A DNA stretch of 63,902 nucleotides, the filler included, from Welwitschia mirabilis (taxonomy: Eukaryota), in NCBI GenBank assembly GCA_051453625.1. It is 7 parts of one record of this genome, joined end to end, with 100 filler letters (N's around TTAATTAATTAA, not from the genome) between each part and the next. Parts side by side here need not be neighbours in the genome. Positions count along the whole stretch, not along the records: positions 13,424 to 18,912 come from JBOZIK010000001.1; positions 19,013 to 24,446 come from JBOZIK010000001.1; positions 24,547 to 41,050 come from JBOZIK010000001.1; 4 more parts are not named here. One strand, written 5' to 3'. Each line of letters starts with the position of its first letter. Position 1 is the first letter of the stretch. The notes under the pieces were generated by a model. The model saw only the letters and a program-made list of their open reading frames with translations, ran no database searches and had not been told where the DNA came from. Shown one piece after another: positions 13,424 to 27,442 of the stretch. Position numbers and translations under genes: made by a program.

Positions 13424-16400
13424 AAAAACTTAAGAAAAAATAAATACCAACATAGAAAGCCTTATGAGTACTTTATAAAAAATCATGCTTGCCAACCATA
13501 GACCACAAAGATCTCCTACCACTCAATCTTTATCAAACCCTAATGAAGTAAGAAAAAATTGTAAGGTAGTGATGAGAAGTGGAAGTGGTACAACTCCTCC
13601 AACTCATTAGGCTTTAACTTTATAAAGTGATCAAAATGATAAGGAAGGATACATAGAAATCTAGAAAATCATTCCTTCCCTTCNNNNNNNNNNNNNNNNN
13701 NNNNNNNNNNNNNNNNNNNNNNNNNNNNNNNNNNNNNNNNNNNNNNNNNNNNNNNNNNNNNNNNNNNNNNNNNNNNNNNNNNNNNNNNNNNNNNNNNNNN
13801 NNNNNNNNNNNNNNNNNNNNNNNNNNNNNNNNNNNNNNNNNNNNNNNNNNNNNNNNNNNNNNNNNNNNNNNNNNNNNNNNNNNNNNNNNNNNNNNNNNNN
13901 NNNNNNNNNNNNNNNNNNNNNNNNNNNNNNNNNNNNNNNNNNNNNNNNNNNNNNNNNNNNNNNNNNNNNNNNNNNNNNNNNNNNNNNNNNNNNNNNNNNN
14001 NNNNNNNNNNNNNNNNNNNNNNNNNNNNNNNNNNNNNNNNNNNNNNNNNNNNNNNNNNNNNNNNNNNNNNNNNNNNNNNNNNNNNNNNNNNNNNNNNNNN
14101 NNNNNNNNNNNNNNNNNNNNNNNNNNNNNNNNNNNNNNNNNNNNNNNNNNNNNNNNNNNNNNNNNNNNNNNNNNNNNNNNNNNNNNNNNNNNNNNNNNNN
14201 NNNNNNNNNNNNNNNNNNNNNNNNNNNNNNNNNNNNNNNNNNNNNNNNNNNNNNNNNNNNNNNNNNNNNNNNNNNNNNNNNNNNNNNNNNNNNNNNNNNN
14301 NNNNNNNNNNNNNNNNNNNNNNNNNNNNNNNNNNNNNNNNNNNNNNNNNNNNNNNNNNNNNNNNNNNNNNNNNNNNNNNNNNNNNNNNNNNNNNNNNNNN
14401 NNNNNNNNNNNNNNNNNNNNNNNNNNNNNNNNNNNNNNNNNNNNNNNNNNNNNNNNNNNNNNNNNNNNNNNNNNNNNNNNNNNNNNNNNNNNNNAAATAT
14501 TCAAAGTCTAAAGATCTAGGGGTAGAAACCGTGAGTGTCACTTTAAAGAAGAATCATAGAATAAAAAAGGCCTTGATAGATATTATAGCTAGTGTCAACA
14601 TTATGCCCTTGTACATTTGTCAACGTCTTAGTTTGAAAGAAAGAGTAGAACCCACATGCATTATCTTGGAGTTAGTTAATACATCTGTGAAGAAACCATT
14701 AGGTATGATCAAGGACTTGGTCATTTAGATAGAGAAAGCCTTCTACCCCATTAATGCAGTTGTTTTAGAAGTTAGGCATTATGATAGATATCCCTTACTT
14801 CTAGATAGAGCTTTCTATACAATAGTCCATTACATCATAGATATAATAACCAGATTGATAAAGTGTCATTTTGAGAATAAATAATTGTTGATAAGAGTGC
14901 TTGATNNNNNNNNNNNNNNNNNNNNNNNNNNNNNNNNNNNNNNNNNGTAAATTAAGTCAACCCTATTTTTTCAACATCGCCTACTTGAGGAAAGATGATT
15001 CATGCTTTATGAGTTAATCTTGTTTGATGATAAATTAGAAGTAGACTACCTTTATATTCTTAATGATCAACTTGAGTTTAACCATCTACCAATTGAGTTT
15101 TCTGATCTAGGAATTAGTGAGCCTAAGGTTATAAACTATGCTAAAGTATAAGAAATTAGTAACCTTGAGATTTCTTATTTTAAGAATAATCATTCACTAC
15201 TAACATCCAGACGATAGTCTGAGATAATAGTTAGTNNNNNNNNNNNNNNNNNNNNNNNNNNNNNNNNNNNNNNNNNNNNNNNAACCCTTAGACAATGGAC
15301 TGAAATACAATTTTTGGAATAAATATCTAAACATATCATTGATTATTAATGAAAACCTTTCCCATAAATAAGAGTCCAGTCTCATCTCTCTTTTAAAATT
15401 AAAGTTTCATGTGTATTTTTTTTTTTTTTTGTCTCATAATGATTTAATAGTCATACCCAGTTCTATTATACAATATAAAATCTACCTCAAAAAAATGCTA
15501 AACTTGTGAGACAAACCTAATGTAGACTCAATCAAGCTCTAAAGCAAATTATAATAGATGACATCATAACATGTATGGATGCTAGAATCATTTACTCCAT
15601 TACTAATAGTAAGTGGATTAGCCTCTTGACAGTAGTACCTAAAAAGGATGGGAAATCGTGTATGTGCATAGACTTCTAAAAACTAAATGGGTTAATTGAA
15701 AAATGTCATTGTCCTTTATCTTTTCTTAATCATATTCTTGATAGGATGTAGGGGCATGGTTTTTACTATTTTCTTAACTATTATAATAGTTATAATCAGA
15801 TTTTCATTGCCATTGAGGACTAATTCAAAACTATTTTCACTTCTTCTTTTAGTACCATTGCCTTTAGATACATGCCTATCAGACTTTATAATGCCCTCGA
15901 TACTTTTTAACATGCTATGATAGCTATCTTTTCTAATATGCTTAAGGATTTCATTGAATTTTCGTGGATGACTTTTCTATTTATACTAAAACTTTTGAAC
16001 AAATTTTAGATTATTTAGAGAGAGTCTTAGATCAATGCATTTTTAATGGCTTCCACTTGAGTTGGGAAAAGAATTATTTTCTTTTAGAGAGTGGTATTAT
16101 TTTAGATCACCATATTTTTTGGAAGTGGATTAGGATGAATGCTTTTAATTTGGTATTACTTAAAATTTTAGTCCTACAAATGTCAAATAGATCTGACTTT
16201 TTCTTGATCATTATGGTTTTTACCATTGGTTCATTCATAATTATGCTTCTATTTGTAAACCCCTTCACTCATTACTAAGAAAGATGTCAAATTTGAATAG
16301 AGTAAATCTTGTTAACTTGCTTTTAATAGGCTTAAACATAAATTATCTTATGCTCCTATAGTGATAGGACCTCATTGGGCACTTGATTTTGAGCTTATGT

Positions 16401-18128
16401 ATGATGTGAGTAACTTTGTTATGAGTAGGGTTCTTTGTTAAAAATATGAGAATTATTTTGAAGTTATATTTTACCATAGAAAATATTTATCTAAGTTTCA
16501 AATGAATTACATTACTACAAAGAAAGAAATGCTAGTTATTATCTTCTTTTTTTTAATTCTCTTAAATGTATATTTTAGGCTTTTACATGAATGTTTATAT
16601 TAACCATGTTATCATTCGTTACCTCATGATCAAGAAATATTTTGGTTCTCATTTGATTAAATAGATCCTTCTTATCCAAGAATTTAATTTAACCATCATA
16701 GATAAAGTAGAGAAGCATAATTCTATTGCTAATCATTTGTCTCAACTTCCTTCTCCTTTAGATGATATTATCATTGATGATTCCTTTCCTGATGAGCAGC
16801 CTTTCACTGTCTCTTCTTCTCATCCTCCTTTATGGTATGCCAACATTGTGAACTATCTTGTAACCATGAAAACACCACAACATTGGACCTATAGCCAATG
16901 CAACTCTNNNNNNNNNNNNNNNNNNNNNNNNNNNNNNNNNNNNNNNNNNNNNNNNNNNNNNNNNNNNNNNNNNNNNNNNNNNNNNNNNNNNNNNNNNNNN
17001 NNNNNNNNNNNNNNNNNNNNNNNNNNNNNNNNNNNNNNNNNNNNNNNNNNNNNNNNNNNNNNNNNNNNNNNNNNGTAGCCTTATTCATTCACAAGAAGTG
17101 CCTTTTAGATCTATTCTTGACTGTGAGCCTTTTGATTATTGGGTAATTAATTTTATAGGGCCTATTCACCCATCTTCTTTTAATAAAAATTACATTTTAG
17201 TGATTATTGATTATGTGACTAAAGGGTTGAAGCCATACTCACTTCTTTGAATAATGCTCGAACTTTCTATTATTTTATTAGAACTCATATCTTTTAGAGA
17301 TTTGGTTTTTCTAGAGTCATTATTAGTGATCAGGGTACTCATTTCACTAATGCAGACTTAACCCAATATCCTATGGCATGAGCTAATAATAGCCATGCAC
17401 CACCTATGTCTGTGTTTTCAAAGGTGCTTCTGCCTTTCAAGAGGATTCACGGCATGTTAATCCCTGATAAGGTTTTTTGCTTTACATTAAATTAGACTAC
17501 ATGCTCCACTACTTATCTGAGCCCTTGTCAATTCCCTTTTTAAGCAACTCCTTCTATTCATTTGTATTAAACATAGAGTAGCTTATGCTTATCATCCTCA
17601 GACTAATGGATAGGCTAAAAATGCCAATAGAGAAATAAAAAAAATGCTTGAAAAACTTGTTTATATTAATAAAAAGTTTTAGGATTCTAAGCTTAATGAT
17701 GTACTTTGTACTTACCGTATTACTTAGTATACTTATCTTAGTTTTTTACTTTACAAACTTGTTTATGGTAAAGTTTGTATCTTACTAGTTGATGTGTATT
17801 ACAATTCTTATCATGCATTTCATCAACTTAATTTTCTAGATTTTAATGAAAACATTATGCATAGATTATCCTAGTTAGATAATCTTAATGAAAAAAGAAC
17901 TAGTATCATACATTTTTAATTAATTCATAAAGCCTAAGCAAAGTTCAAACATGACAAAAGGATTTTTCATAAAAAGTTTGAACCTGGTTAACTTATCTTA
18001 TTATATAATACTAGAGTTTACCTTTTGAATAACAAGTTGATCTCTAAATGGGTAGGTTCTTATTTTGTAGAGAAAGTGCATTTTAATGGCTCAATTAAAA
18101 TTTTAAATTTGAAAACTAGAGAGATTTA
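13424..18128 (+). pseudogene. Decayed Athila-type Gypsy gag end, protease, RT, RNase H and integrase
   Basis: KALIDIIASVNIMPL; SKWISLLTVVPKKDGKSCMCIDF*KLN; FVDDFSIY; FELMYDVSNF; FPDEQ...WYANIVNYL; IISDQGTHF...AYHPQTNG; SKWVGSY. Gypsy domain order. Confidence 0.9.
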
Positions 18129-18229
18129 NNNNNNNNNNNNNNNNNNNNNNNNNNNNNNNNNNNNNNNNNNNNNNNNNNNNNNNNNNNNNNNNNNNNNNNN
18201 NNNNNNNNNNNNNNNNNNNNNNNNNNNNA

Positions 18230-18912
18230 GGTTTTTTTTGTAATGAATTTATCTTTTTATTGCTAAATGGAGGAGGGAACGAATGATTTTCTAAGATTTC
18301 TATGTCCTCTTCATCATCGTTCTTATTATTGTAGGAAGTTGAAGCCTCATGAGTAAGTGGAGTTGTATTGGTCCCACTCCTTGTCACTATCTTACAATCT
18401 TTTCGTACTTTGTTTGGGTTTGGTAAAGGTTGAGTAACAAGGGTCCCTTGTGGTCTTTGGTTTGAAAGCATAGCTTTTTGTAAAATGTTCACTAGATTTT
18501 CTATGTTTACATTGGTCTTTTCTTAAGTTTTTCTTAACTCCTTAATGAAATTTCTAAGAGGGTTACTATGGCTTTGGGAGTTGGAAGGATTTGCCAAGTT
18601 ATTTGGTTGATTGAGTTTAAAGTTTGAATGTTCGTATCAACTTTTGAAAGGTTGGAAGTTAGGACAAGATGTCTAAAAGTTTCTAGGGTTTGGTTGCTCA
18701 CTCATCTTATTTTGAAAATTATGACTTGGGACTTCTTTTTGGTTATAGTTTTGGTGTAGTTAGGAGATCTTTGCTTGAAATTACATACTTCCTCATAAAT
18801 TCTCTCTTTATAGGTGGAAAGTAAAGGATAATCTTTCATGTTATGGTAGCTATATTCACGCAAATCTCATGTTGAAACGATGACTTCACTTTTCTCGATT
18901 GCCACTTTAGCA
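18230..18912 (-). pseudogene. Athila gag C-terminal fragment
   Basis: RPQGTLVTQPLPNPNKVRKDCKIVTRSG matches 13490-13680 and the Athila PG-LPSQ-NP-C-TRSG motif. Confidence 0.7.
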
Positions 18913-19012
18913 NNNNNNNNNNNNNNNNNNNNNNNNNNNNNNNNNNNNNNNNNNNNTTAATTAATTAANNNNNNNNNNNNNNNNNNNNNNNNNNNNNNNN
19001 NNNNNNNNNNNN

Positions 19013-20412
19013 GAATACCTTTATTTATAGACAGAAAGGAAAAAGGAACTGATAGAAAAGTAAAGTAAAAACTCTAGCTAACATGTAAGGGAAAGTCACA
19101 AAGAATAGGTGATAACTCAAGAATACAATCTGTAAAAGTATGAGATAATAGTGTTGTCTATGTGGTCATCTGGATGATAAAGGAGACAACAGGGCTTTAT
19201 AATGAGTTATCTGTTTAGCTTCTAGTTCAACTATCTGTGATCCTGATGCGAAGTCCTGTCAACTAGTTCTGGAGATGTCATTCACTAGTGTCATCTAAAT
19301 GATGAGGTGGACGATGGAGTCTGATAATAAGATCTTCACTTCAATTGCAAGTCATCTAGAAATAAGTCTGTCATATGTCTAATTAAGGTTGTCGTCCTAA
19401 CTATCGTCTGGATGACATGGGGATGACAGTCTTCTATTCATCCTTTGTCAGTATGATATCTTGTTGTTTGTAGGGATAATCATCTGAAAATACAATTTAT
19501 CCATATCTATATAAAATCCTTGTGAATTATCTGATAACCTGCATGTTTTCATCTTGTGCTTCTAGATTCTCGATTGTCATAGGAATTGGGCATTTATCTG
19601 TTAGTTTATCTGTAAAACAACTCAAAAGACCCTATCAAATACATCTAAGTTGGCGTCGCAACACCCTTGATCACTAATCATCTTCAATAGTAACTAATAT
19701 TCTCGTGATAAGAGATCTTAGAACTGGAGAACCATCTAGCGATTACAGAGATATGTTTCCTTGGTGTTGGATGGTATTTCCTTCATTGAGAAATGGATAG
19801 TTTATAATGCAGATGCTTTAATGCTTTTAATATGAATTATCCTTTTTGCTTAATATTTTTAGGAACTTATCCCTCATAGTTTATAGTGTTTAAGATTTGT
19901 GACAAGTTTCTTTGATTATATAGATTATGAAGGCAGCCTTTGTTAAGGTTAAGCTTGAGTATATTAGTTGCATCGTTATTCCAATTTCATAGATTAGTTG
20001 CATTATTATTTCAATTTCATAGATCAGTTTTGCATCGTTATTTCAATTTCATACATTTGAATTTAATTCAGTAGATTAAGGTTATACATTTCTTTCTCGA
20101 AATTAACTCTTTGTTATCATACCATTGGCCTTCAACAGAATTACGACATTCGGATCACTCCGACTATACTNNNNNNNNNNNNNNNNNNNNNNNNNNNNNN
20201 NNNNNNNNNNNNNNNNNNNNNNNNNNNNNNNNNNNNNNNNNNNNNNNNNNNNNNNNNNNNNNNNNNNNNNTTATTATCCATACTATTGGCCTTCGATGGA
20301 ATTACGACATTTGGATCACTCCGACTATACTAGCGTGCTATATTTGTGCATCTTATTTGTAATTAACAGGATTTAAATCAAGGCATAAAACATTATATAA
20401 ATTCACACCACA
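19013..20412. repeat. Two nested Athila-family LTR pieces: minus-strand 5' part (19013-19663) abutting a plus-strand 3' part (19664-20412)
   Basis: Reverse complement from 19663 (TGTTGCGACGCCAACTTAGATG) matches 1265 onward. 19700-20412 matches 1950-2945 and ends CACACCACA. Confidence 0.75.
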
Positions 20413-21062
20413 ACTAATATAAATTATAGATATTATTTATTAAATCATGTACTTAATAGTAAAATACTTGCATTATGTTTTTCTTGCAAGAATGATATAA
20501 GAAATTCATGAGACCATGGATGAAGGGAATAATGTTATGATTGACTATTTTTAATATGTTTTATTTATAGATTATTCTTATAAACTCAATGTTTGATCTA
20601 TGAGTGTTATGTTTTTTTAGTTACTACTTGTTTTGATAATTCATGCACATCATTTATCTAAGTTATTATAGTTATATCTTATGATGATTATGTTTGTTAT
20701 AACATTTAATTTTTTTCTTTTTGATATGTTAAATGTTTTAATTGAGGGGCTAATGCATAGATAAGTATTTCTGTCTTATTTTCTAATGCATATGATTACA
20801 GGAAATTAATTTTATAGATTGATTTTTAAGTACTTTTCATCCCCATTATTGCCTAGGAAATAGTCTAAATGACATCATAGTCACTCCATCTATCAAGGTA
20901 AAACATTTTAGTTTATTTAATTTTGTGATTCACTCCTATATACTAAGATTTATAAACTTGAGTTACATATTCCTAGATAGTATTTTATCTTAGTCAATTT
21001 GGCTCACAGTTATAGTTGTTTGTCAACTTTATCAAGCACTGATAAGGCGAAGTAGAGCGCTA

Positions 21063-22244
21063 TGTTGTGATACTAAATTATATATTTTTGATGAGGTATT
21101 TTATGTAGTTTTGTATGACATTTAGATAAATTTAAGCACAAAATGATGATTATTGAGATCATGGAAATGCATAAACACCAATACTTTTAAAGGCATTTTG
21201 GATAAATTCTAATACTTCATATTTAAGGAGGAATTAATGAGCTTCAAGGCCAATTTAACTTAATAAAGAATTTCAAGAAGTCTGTCCTCCTCTCTATCAT
21301 TTGGATGACATACCAGAATGATACCACTTGCATGATAACTAAGATGCTAACTGGATAGATATGAAGGATAAATATAAAGCTCTATCGATATAGCATCATC
21401 CCCAGCCTCTTTCGGATGATAGTCAGGATGACCATCTAACTTTAGTAATTGTACCAAACTTCTGCAATGTATCATGTACTTTCTTACATGGTTATTAGGA
21501 TTTTGCCTATGCTTGTTAGTCTTATTTATTTGTAGTTTGTCTTTGTTAATAAATATTAACTCTATCCTCAATTTTAATCATCTTTATTACACCAGAAATT
21601 CTTATGATAGGAGATTGAAGAGCCAAAGGTCCATCTGATAGTTGTAGAAAGGGATCTTCCTTAGTATTGGGTTGTGTCTTCTTCATTGAGGTATTGCTAC
21701 TTTATAAAAGAATGTTGGTTTGACTTTTAATGAAAATCATCTTTTAGTTTTATTAATATTTATGTGCATCTCCCTTATGGCTTATGTTACTTTTGATTCT
21801 GTAACAGCATCATAAGGTTGAAATCATTAGTATAGGATCTTGCATTTTATTTTATATTCATAGATTAAATCATTGCATGTTTTTACATTCTATCCAATGC
21901 ACTTGATAGCTTATGTTAGTTTTGTTAGTAATAGTTTCCTTGATTGATTTAGGTTATGGAGGGTTAATCTTGGTGACAGAGATTTCATAGTTAAATAGAT
22001 ATTACATTTAAGGTGCTTTGCATTTGCATTTTCATTGTGTGTTTACTTTTTTTGCATTGTTGATTTTCATTTTTGAATCTTTATTTCATGAAAAGTAATT
22101 CTCTAACTTTGAGCCTAGTGTATTTGATGGATTATAACATTTGGATCCACTCTCATCTATATTGATGTGTTGTGTTTGTATATATATTTGTGATTGATAG
22201 GATTTGACTAAGGACATAACATTACATAAACATGCATAATAACA
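21063..22244 (+). repeat. Athila-family LTR with PPT upstream and PBS downstream (22248-22262)
   Basis: TGTTGTG start, ...AATAACA end, then TGGTGCCATTATG. 20413-21800 is a diverged copy of about 30290-31710. Confidence 0.7.
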
Positions 22245-23899
22245 TCTTGGTGCCATTATGAGAAAAGGCCATGAGAAGTTTGAGGATTGTCATTACCCAT
22301 ATAAGTGCTTTGGATTTTGATTTAGTTATCTATTTGTAGTAGTGTTGTATATTTACTATAAATATTGTAGTTTTTCTTTCTGTATTTTTTTTTTATGTTT
22401 TTTGATTTTTTGATTCTCATGTTTCTAGTCTATCATCTTGTCAGCCATCCCAATAATATTGTCAAATGATAGTTTAGAATTAGGGTTTTTTGTTATTTTT
22501 TCTTTGATAAGTTTATTTTTAGTTTTCCATCATGTAATAAGTCAATATTATCTCCTTTATCATTCGGATAACATTAGAAGATGACTGACATCATGTTTCT
22601 ATTCNNNNNNNNNNNNNNNNNNNNNNNNNNNNNNNNNNNNNNNNNNNNNNNNNNNNNNNNNNNNNNNNNNNNNNNNNNNNNNNNNNNNNNNNNNNNNNNN
22701 NNNNNNNNNNNNNNNNNNNNNNNNNNNNNNNNNNNNNNNNNNNNNNNNNNNNNNNNNNNNNNNNNNNNNNNNNNNNNNNNNNNNNNNNNNNNNNNNNNNN
22801 NNNNNNNNNNNNNNNNNNNNNNNNNNNNNNNNNNNNNNNNNNNNNNNNNNNNNNNNNNNNNNNNNNNNNNNNNNNNNNNNNNNNNNNNNNNNNNNNNNNN
22901 NNNNNNNNNNNNNNNNNNNNNNNNNNNNNNNNNNNNNNNNNNNNNNNNNNNNNNNNNNNNNNNNNNNNNNNNNNNNNNNNNNNNNNNNNNNNNNNNNNNN
23001 NNNNNNNNNNNNNNNNNNNNNNNNNNNNNNNNNNNNNNNNNNNNNNNNNNNNNNNNNNNNNNNNNNNNNNNNNNNNNNNNNNNNNNNNNNNNNNNNNNNN
23101 NNNNNNNNNNNNNNNNNNNNNNNNNNNNNNNNNNNNNNNNNNNNNNNNGATAACGAATAGATAGACATTTTATTAAGCATGCAAAAACATGATAAAATAT
23201 GGTAAAAAGCTTAAATATTCAAGGGAATTAATCTTAATCAAGAAAAAATCATAAAGGGCTTACTCAACAAAAAATAAAAAATAGGTATGCACACCCCAGG
23301 TATGTAATTTCCAAGATTTGAAAAAACAAATTTACATTTATGATTTTTGAACCAAATATTTCAATTAGAAATAGGGAAAATATTAGAATACGAGAAAAAT
23401 TATTTTATTCCCTTTTTATTAATGAGTAGAATCACTTAATACAAATATGATAAAACCTCTAGTTCAAATGAAAACATTATCATAAGAGAGATAATTTCTA
23501 GACAGAGATGTAAAAGACAAAAATCTTATAACTTATCTTCTAATGATGATCTACAACTTAAAACCATGAATTCTTCTTATTCATCCTTTTCATCCACTAT
23601 TAAAAATAATGATAAAAATCCACTATGAGAAATATTAGCTAAAATAAAAGCTAAAGAAAGAAGGAAAAAACATAGAAATTCTAAGAATGATGAAAATAAA
23701 ACTATTAGTGAAATATTTGAAGAGCAATTTTGGGGAACTTCAAATGATGTTAAGACTAGGACCCTTTCTCCTTTTCAAAATTCTTATTTTCCCCTCCTTC
23801 TTTTCAAACTTTAAATGAAAATGACAATGATTTACAATATTTTAGTGATTCTAGCTCATCTCGTAAAACATCCTACAATTATTTTAGTGAATTTGAATA

Positions 23900-24017
23900 A
23901 TCTTCCATGATTCATTATGAAGAACAACTATCTTCCATGAGTTATTATGAAGAACAACCATCTGCCATCCATTATTATGAAGAATAAAATCCATCTACCA
24001 TAAGTTACTATGAAGAA
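23900..24017 (+). repeat. About 30-bp tandem repeat, about 4 copies, in a decayed gag-like region
   Basis: Unit resembles TTATTATGAAGAACAACCATCTTCCATGAG. Confidence 0.7.
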
Positions 24018-24921
24018 AAAAAATAACTCAATAATAGAAATGCTTAAACAAATGAAAATGAGACAAGAAAATACCAATAAGAACTTAGAAAATTTGATTG
24101 AAATGTTTCAATAAAATTTATTACAAATTCACTGATCTCAAGGTTATTTTACACAAAAAGCCTATCCTACTACATTCCACCTTAATAATCATGAGGAGAA
24201 ATTTGAAATAATGAGTAATAATAATTCTTGTTTCAATATAAAACATGAAAGTATAGATCAACCTACAACATCATACTTATTAAGAGATGGACAACAAAAG
24301 AAAAATAGTAATAATTCAACTCCATTATTCAACAATAAGGATGAAGATAATTATTTCTTAGATGATGAGCTAGGTTATAATCCCATTTAATTCTTATTAT
24401 AAAATGAAGATAAAACAAAAGAAATAACTCATGCAAAATTTGAAAANNNNNNNNNNNNNNNNNNNNNNNNNNNNNNNNNNNNNNNNNNNNTTAATTAATT
24501 AANNNNNNNNNNNNNNNNNNNNNNNNNNNNNNNNNNNNNNNNNNNNTATCATCTTAAGGAATCTACTCCAAAAATCTCTCAACCTTTTCCCTTTAAAACT
24601 TCATGTGCTACAAACAATAACATCTTTTCATCTTTTACAAAGTCCACTCTATTTTACTATTTAAATTATTATTCTTTTCAAAAATAAGACTTGAGATATT
24701 TTGGAACTCTAAATTGAGGTAAATCTTATCTTATTGGTTCAAATCCATGCTTAGAATTAAACATTAAGAAGCTTCTTAAGTATGTTAAACCTATCTTATT
24801 CACTCATTCTAAGAAGTTTCTTTTAAGGCCTTGGATCCCAAATTATACCATTAATGTCTCCCATGTTCAATATCAAGCTTTAAATGCAATTTATGTTTTA
24901 AATCCGTTATATCATGAGTTT

Positions 24922-26203
24922 TAAAATACAGATCAACCCTATAGAGGGGTGAATAGGTCATAAGACAAATATTCATTCACTTTAAAGACTTGCAAAGAAA
25001 ATACAAACACTCCACTTAATACTCACAAAATATTTTTAGTGGTAGATAGACATCACCCTTTAGCTCTTAGACAACCTATCTCTAGCTAGCATAGGTTAAT
25101 CTCAAATGTTAATTTTTGGACCCACCATAAACCTATACAATCACTAGTGGATTTTGGGACTAATCCATAATCATGGAAGAAAGTATTTAAGCAAAGTGCA
25201 CAAATGCACACTTATGCTCTATAGGAATAAAATGCACAACAAGCTCTGATAAGCATAGGTATGAAGAGATGCTCCCAAAATAAATTTAAACTCATGGTCT
25301 TTTAAGTATAATGCACACAAAACTTGTAATAATGATTGATGTAATGTGTCAATATCAAAAGTAGTAGCCTTCACTATTGAGAGGAAGATACTTAAATAAA
25401 GAAGCCAAAAAAATTAGCAATTTAGAGATAAAAAGTAGTCCATTATAACTAATCTAGCCTTTTTCTGATGAACTATGAAAGTATAATGATTATATTTGAA
25501 ATACATTAGGTTGACTTCATATTAATCTTAGTTACCTTAGTATTTGGTCATCCTTGTCCATTTTGTTTGATCACCCTTTCATGACTCATATTTGATAGTC
25601 TACTTATTAGATCGCCCTTACAGAAATATTTGATCACCCTTGTCAGATTCAGTTTTGATAGTGCTACATTAGAACATTTGGTTACCCTTTAATAAATATG
25701 AAGTTAACCTTATTGCAGTCACCCTAAACTTGAAATTTGAGTTGACCTCTTGACAGTCGTTTCTAGGTAGTATGCGGTCACCCTTAATTATATCTTTAAT
25801 CGTCCTCACTATTAGTAGACTGAAATTTACAGAATGCAGTTTGGTCACCCTTGAGCATAAGACAGGTTACACACTTTTATCTCTATCTGTAACTAATTTA
25901 AAAATTAGTTACCCTACATGATATACATGGTCACACATGCTGAAACTGATCTTCATCTGAGTAGCAGTTCGGTCACTTCAATCTAAAGCCATGATCACCT
26001 GATCCTAAAGTAGCTTTACCTTACTAACAGTCTAGTTGCCCTTTGTTTATCATAGGGTTACTTGCTTATTATTTAGTATATGTTCATATAACAGGTTGGT
26101 CACCCGTATTTATATAGTGATCACCCAGTGCTAGAAAATCTCTACAAAATAAATAACTCCATAAAAACTTGTTAATTTGATCAATGACAATAGGTTATCA
26201 ACA
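24922..26203 (-). mobile_element. Solo LTR, Sirevirus-like, with 5-bp target-site duplication
   Basis: Minus strand begins TGTTGATAACC and ends ATTCACCCCTCTATAGG...TTTTA. AGTTT flanks both sides (24917-24921, 26204-26208). Internal GGTCACCC-type repeats. Confidence 0.8.
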
Positions 26204-27442
26204 AGTTTGATAAGAGATTTTTTTTTTATGAGTTATATGAACTTTTTATCTTTTTTATTACTACTAAATCTTGTGAAGATAAAATGTCATGTGGTTATGA
26301 TAAATGGAAAAAGCTTCATGTCCTTATTAAAAATCCATATCTTAAATTGAATGATAGAAATCTTCTTAATCTTATTAGACATTCGAAAGAGCTCTCAAAA
26401 TCTTATTGGATACTTTCTTTAAATACTTTTTTGCATGAATTATATAATGATATTCATTATTTATATTGTTTTAATAAGAGATCATTATTCAACGAGATTT
26501 ATCAATTGGTAAATATTTGGTTTGATCCTTATTTTTCTAAGAGAATGAAATATCCTAGGACCATAACCTTAGGAATAAATCTCTCTTTTTCTTTTTATTT
26601 TTTTTTAAAATGTGTTAAATAGATTTTAGGATTTCAATAAAACTTATTTTTATTTTTCTTTGGTATTTTCTTTTTGCTCTTATGTTTTTATGATTTTGAC
26701 TTTGATTTTTATTTTAAGCAATAAATTAATCTCTATATGGTTAGGTCCTTATCTTTTAGAAAAATTACATTTTTATGACTCAGTTAAAATTTTTTATTTA
26801 AATACTAGAGAAATTCAAAAAAAAGAATAAAGGTTAAAAATCCATGAATTATTAAATATTTAACATGATAAAAGAAATTGTTTTGAAAGTCATCATACCA
26901 TTATTTAAATTATTTCTTAGCTTATTCTTTTGATGGACGTCATGCTATAACTTGAGCATCTTTAATTTTAAACTTGACTAATGTTTTACTTTATGAAGTT
27001 ACTATAACTAGTAATTTTTACTTGGGCATTAAAGTAATAAGATTTGATTCATCCAATCTTAAAACATTCAAATATCTATAAATTTTATTTGAAATAAGAT
27101 GCTTTAGTTTTTAGTATTTTCTCTTAATGGTATGAGGTTTTGATTGTTGAGGGTGTTCTTTCTTATTTTGCATCTCATTTCTTCATCTTCATCTTTATGA
27201 GTGTGTGGTTATGTAGGATTTATTTTGAAGAAGTATATTAAAAAAAGATAAAAAAAGAGAGAGAATAATAATCATAATATATAATTTTTATGCTAAATAC
27301 ATAATCACTATGATGTCCTATCACACTAAGGTAAATTTTTTTGAGAGAGGCCTTTCTTAGTATTAGTAGTTATGGGAACTCCACTAGGAGAGTCAGTCAG
27401 CCATGCTTTATGGGTTTTTACTTCTGTAATTGTGATTACTAT

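Noticed and set aside
25465-25485. CTGATGA...GAAA in the solo LTR (and CTGATGAG at 16789)
   Set aside because: Only 5 nt between the boxes, so no stem II; the 16789 match is FPDEQ coding sequence with no GAAA partner.
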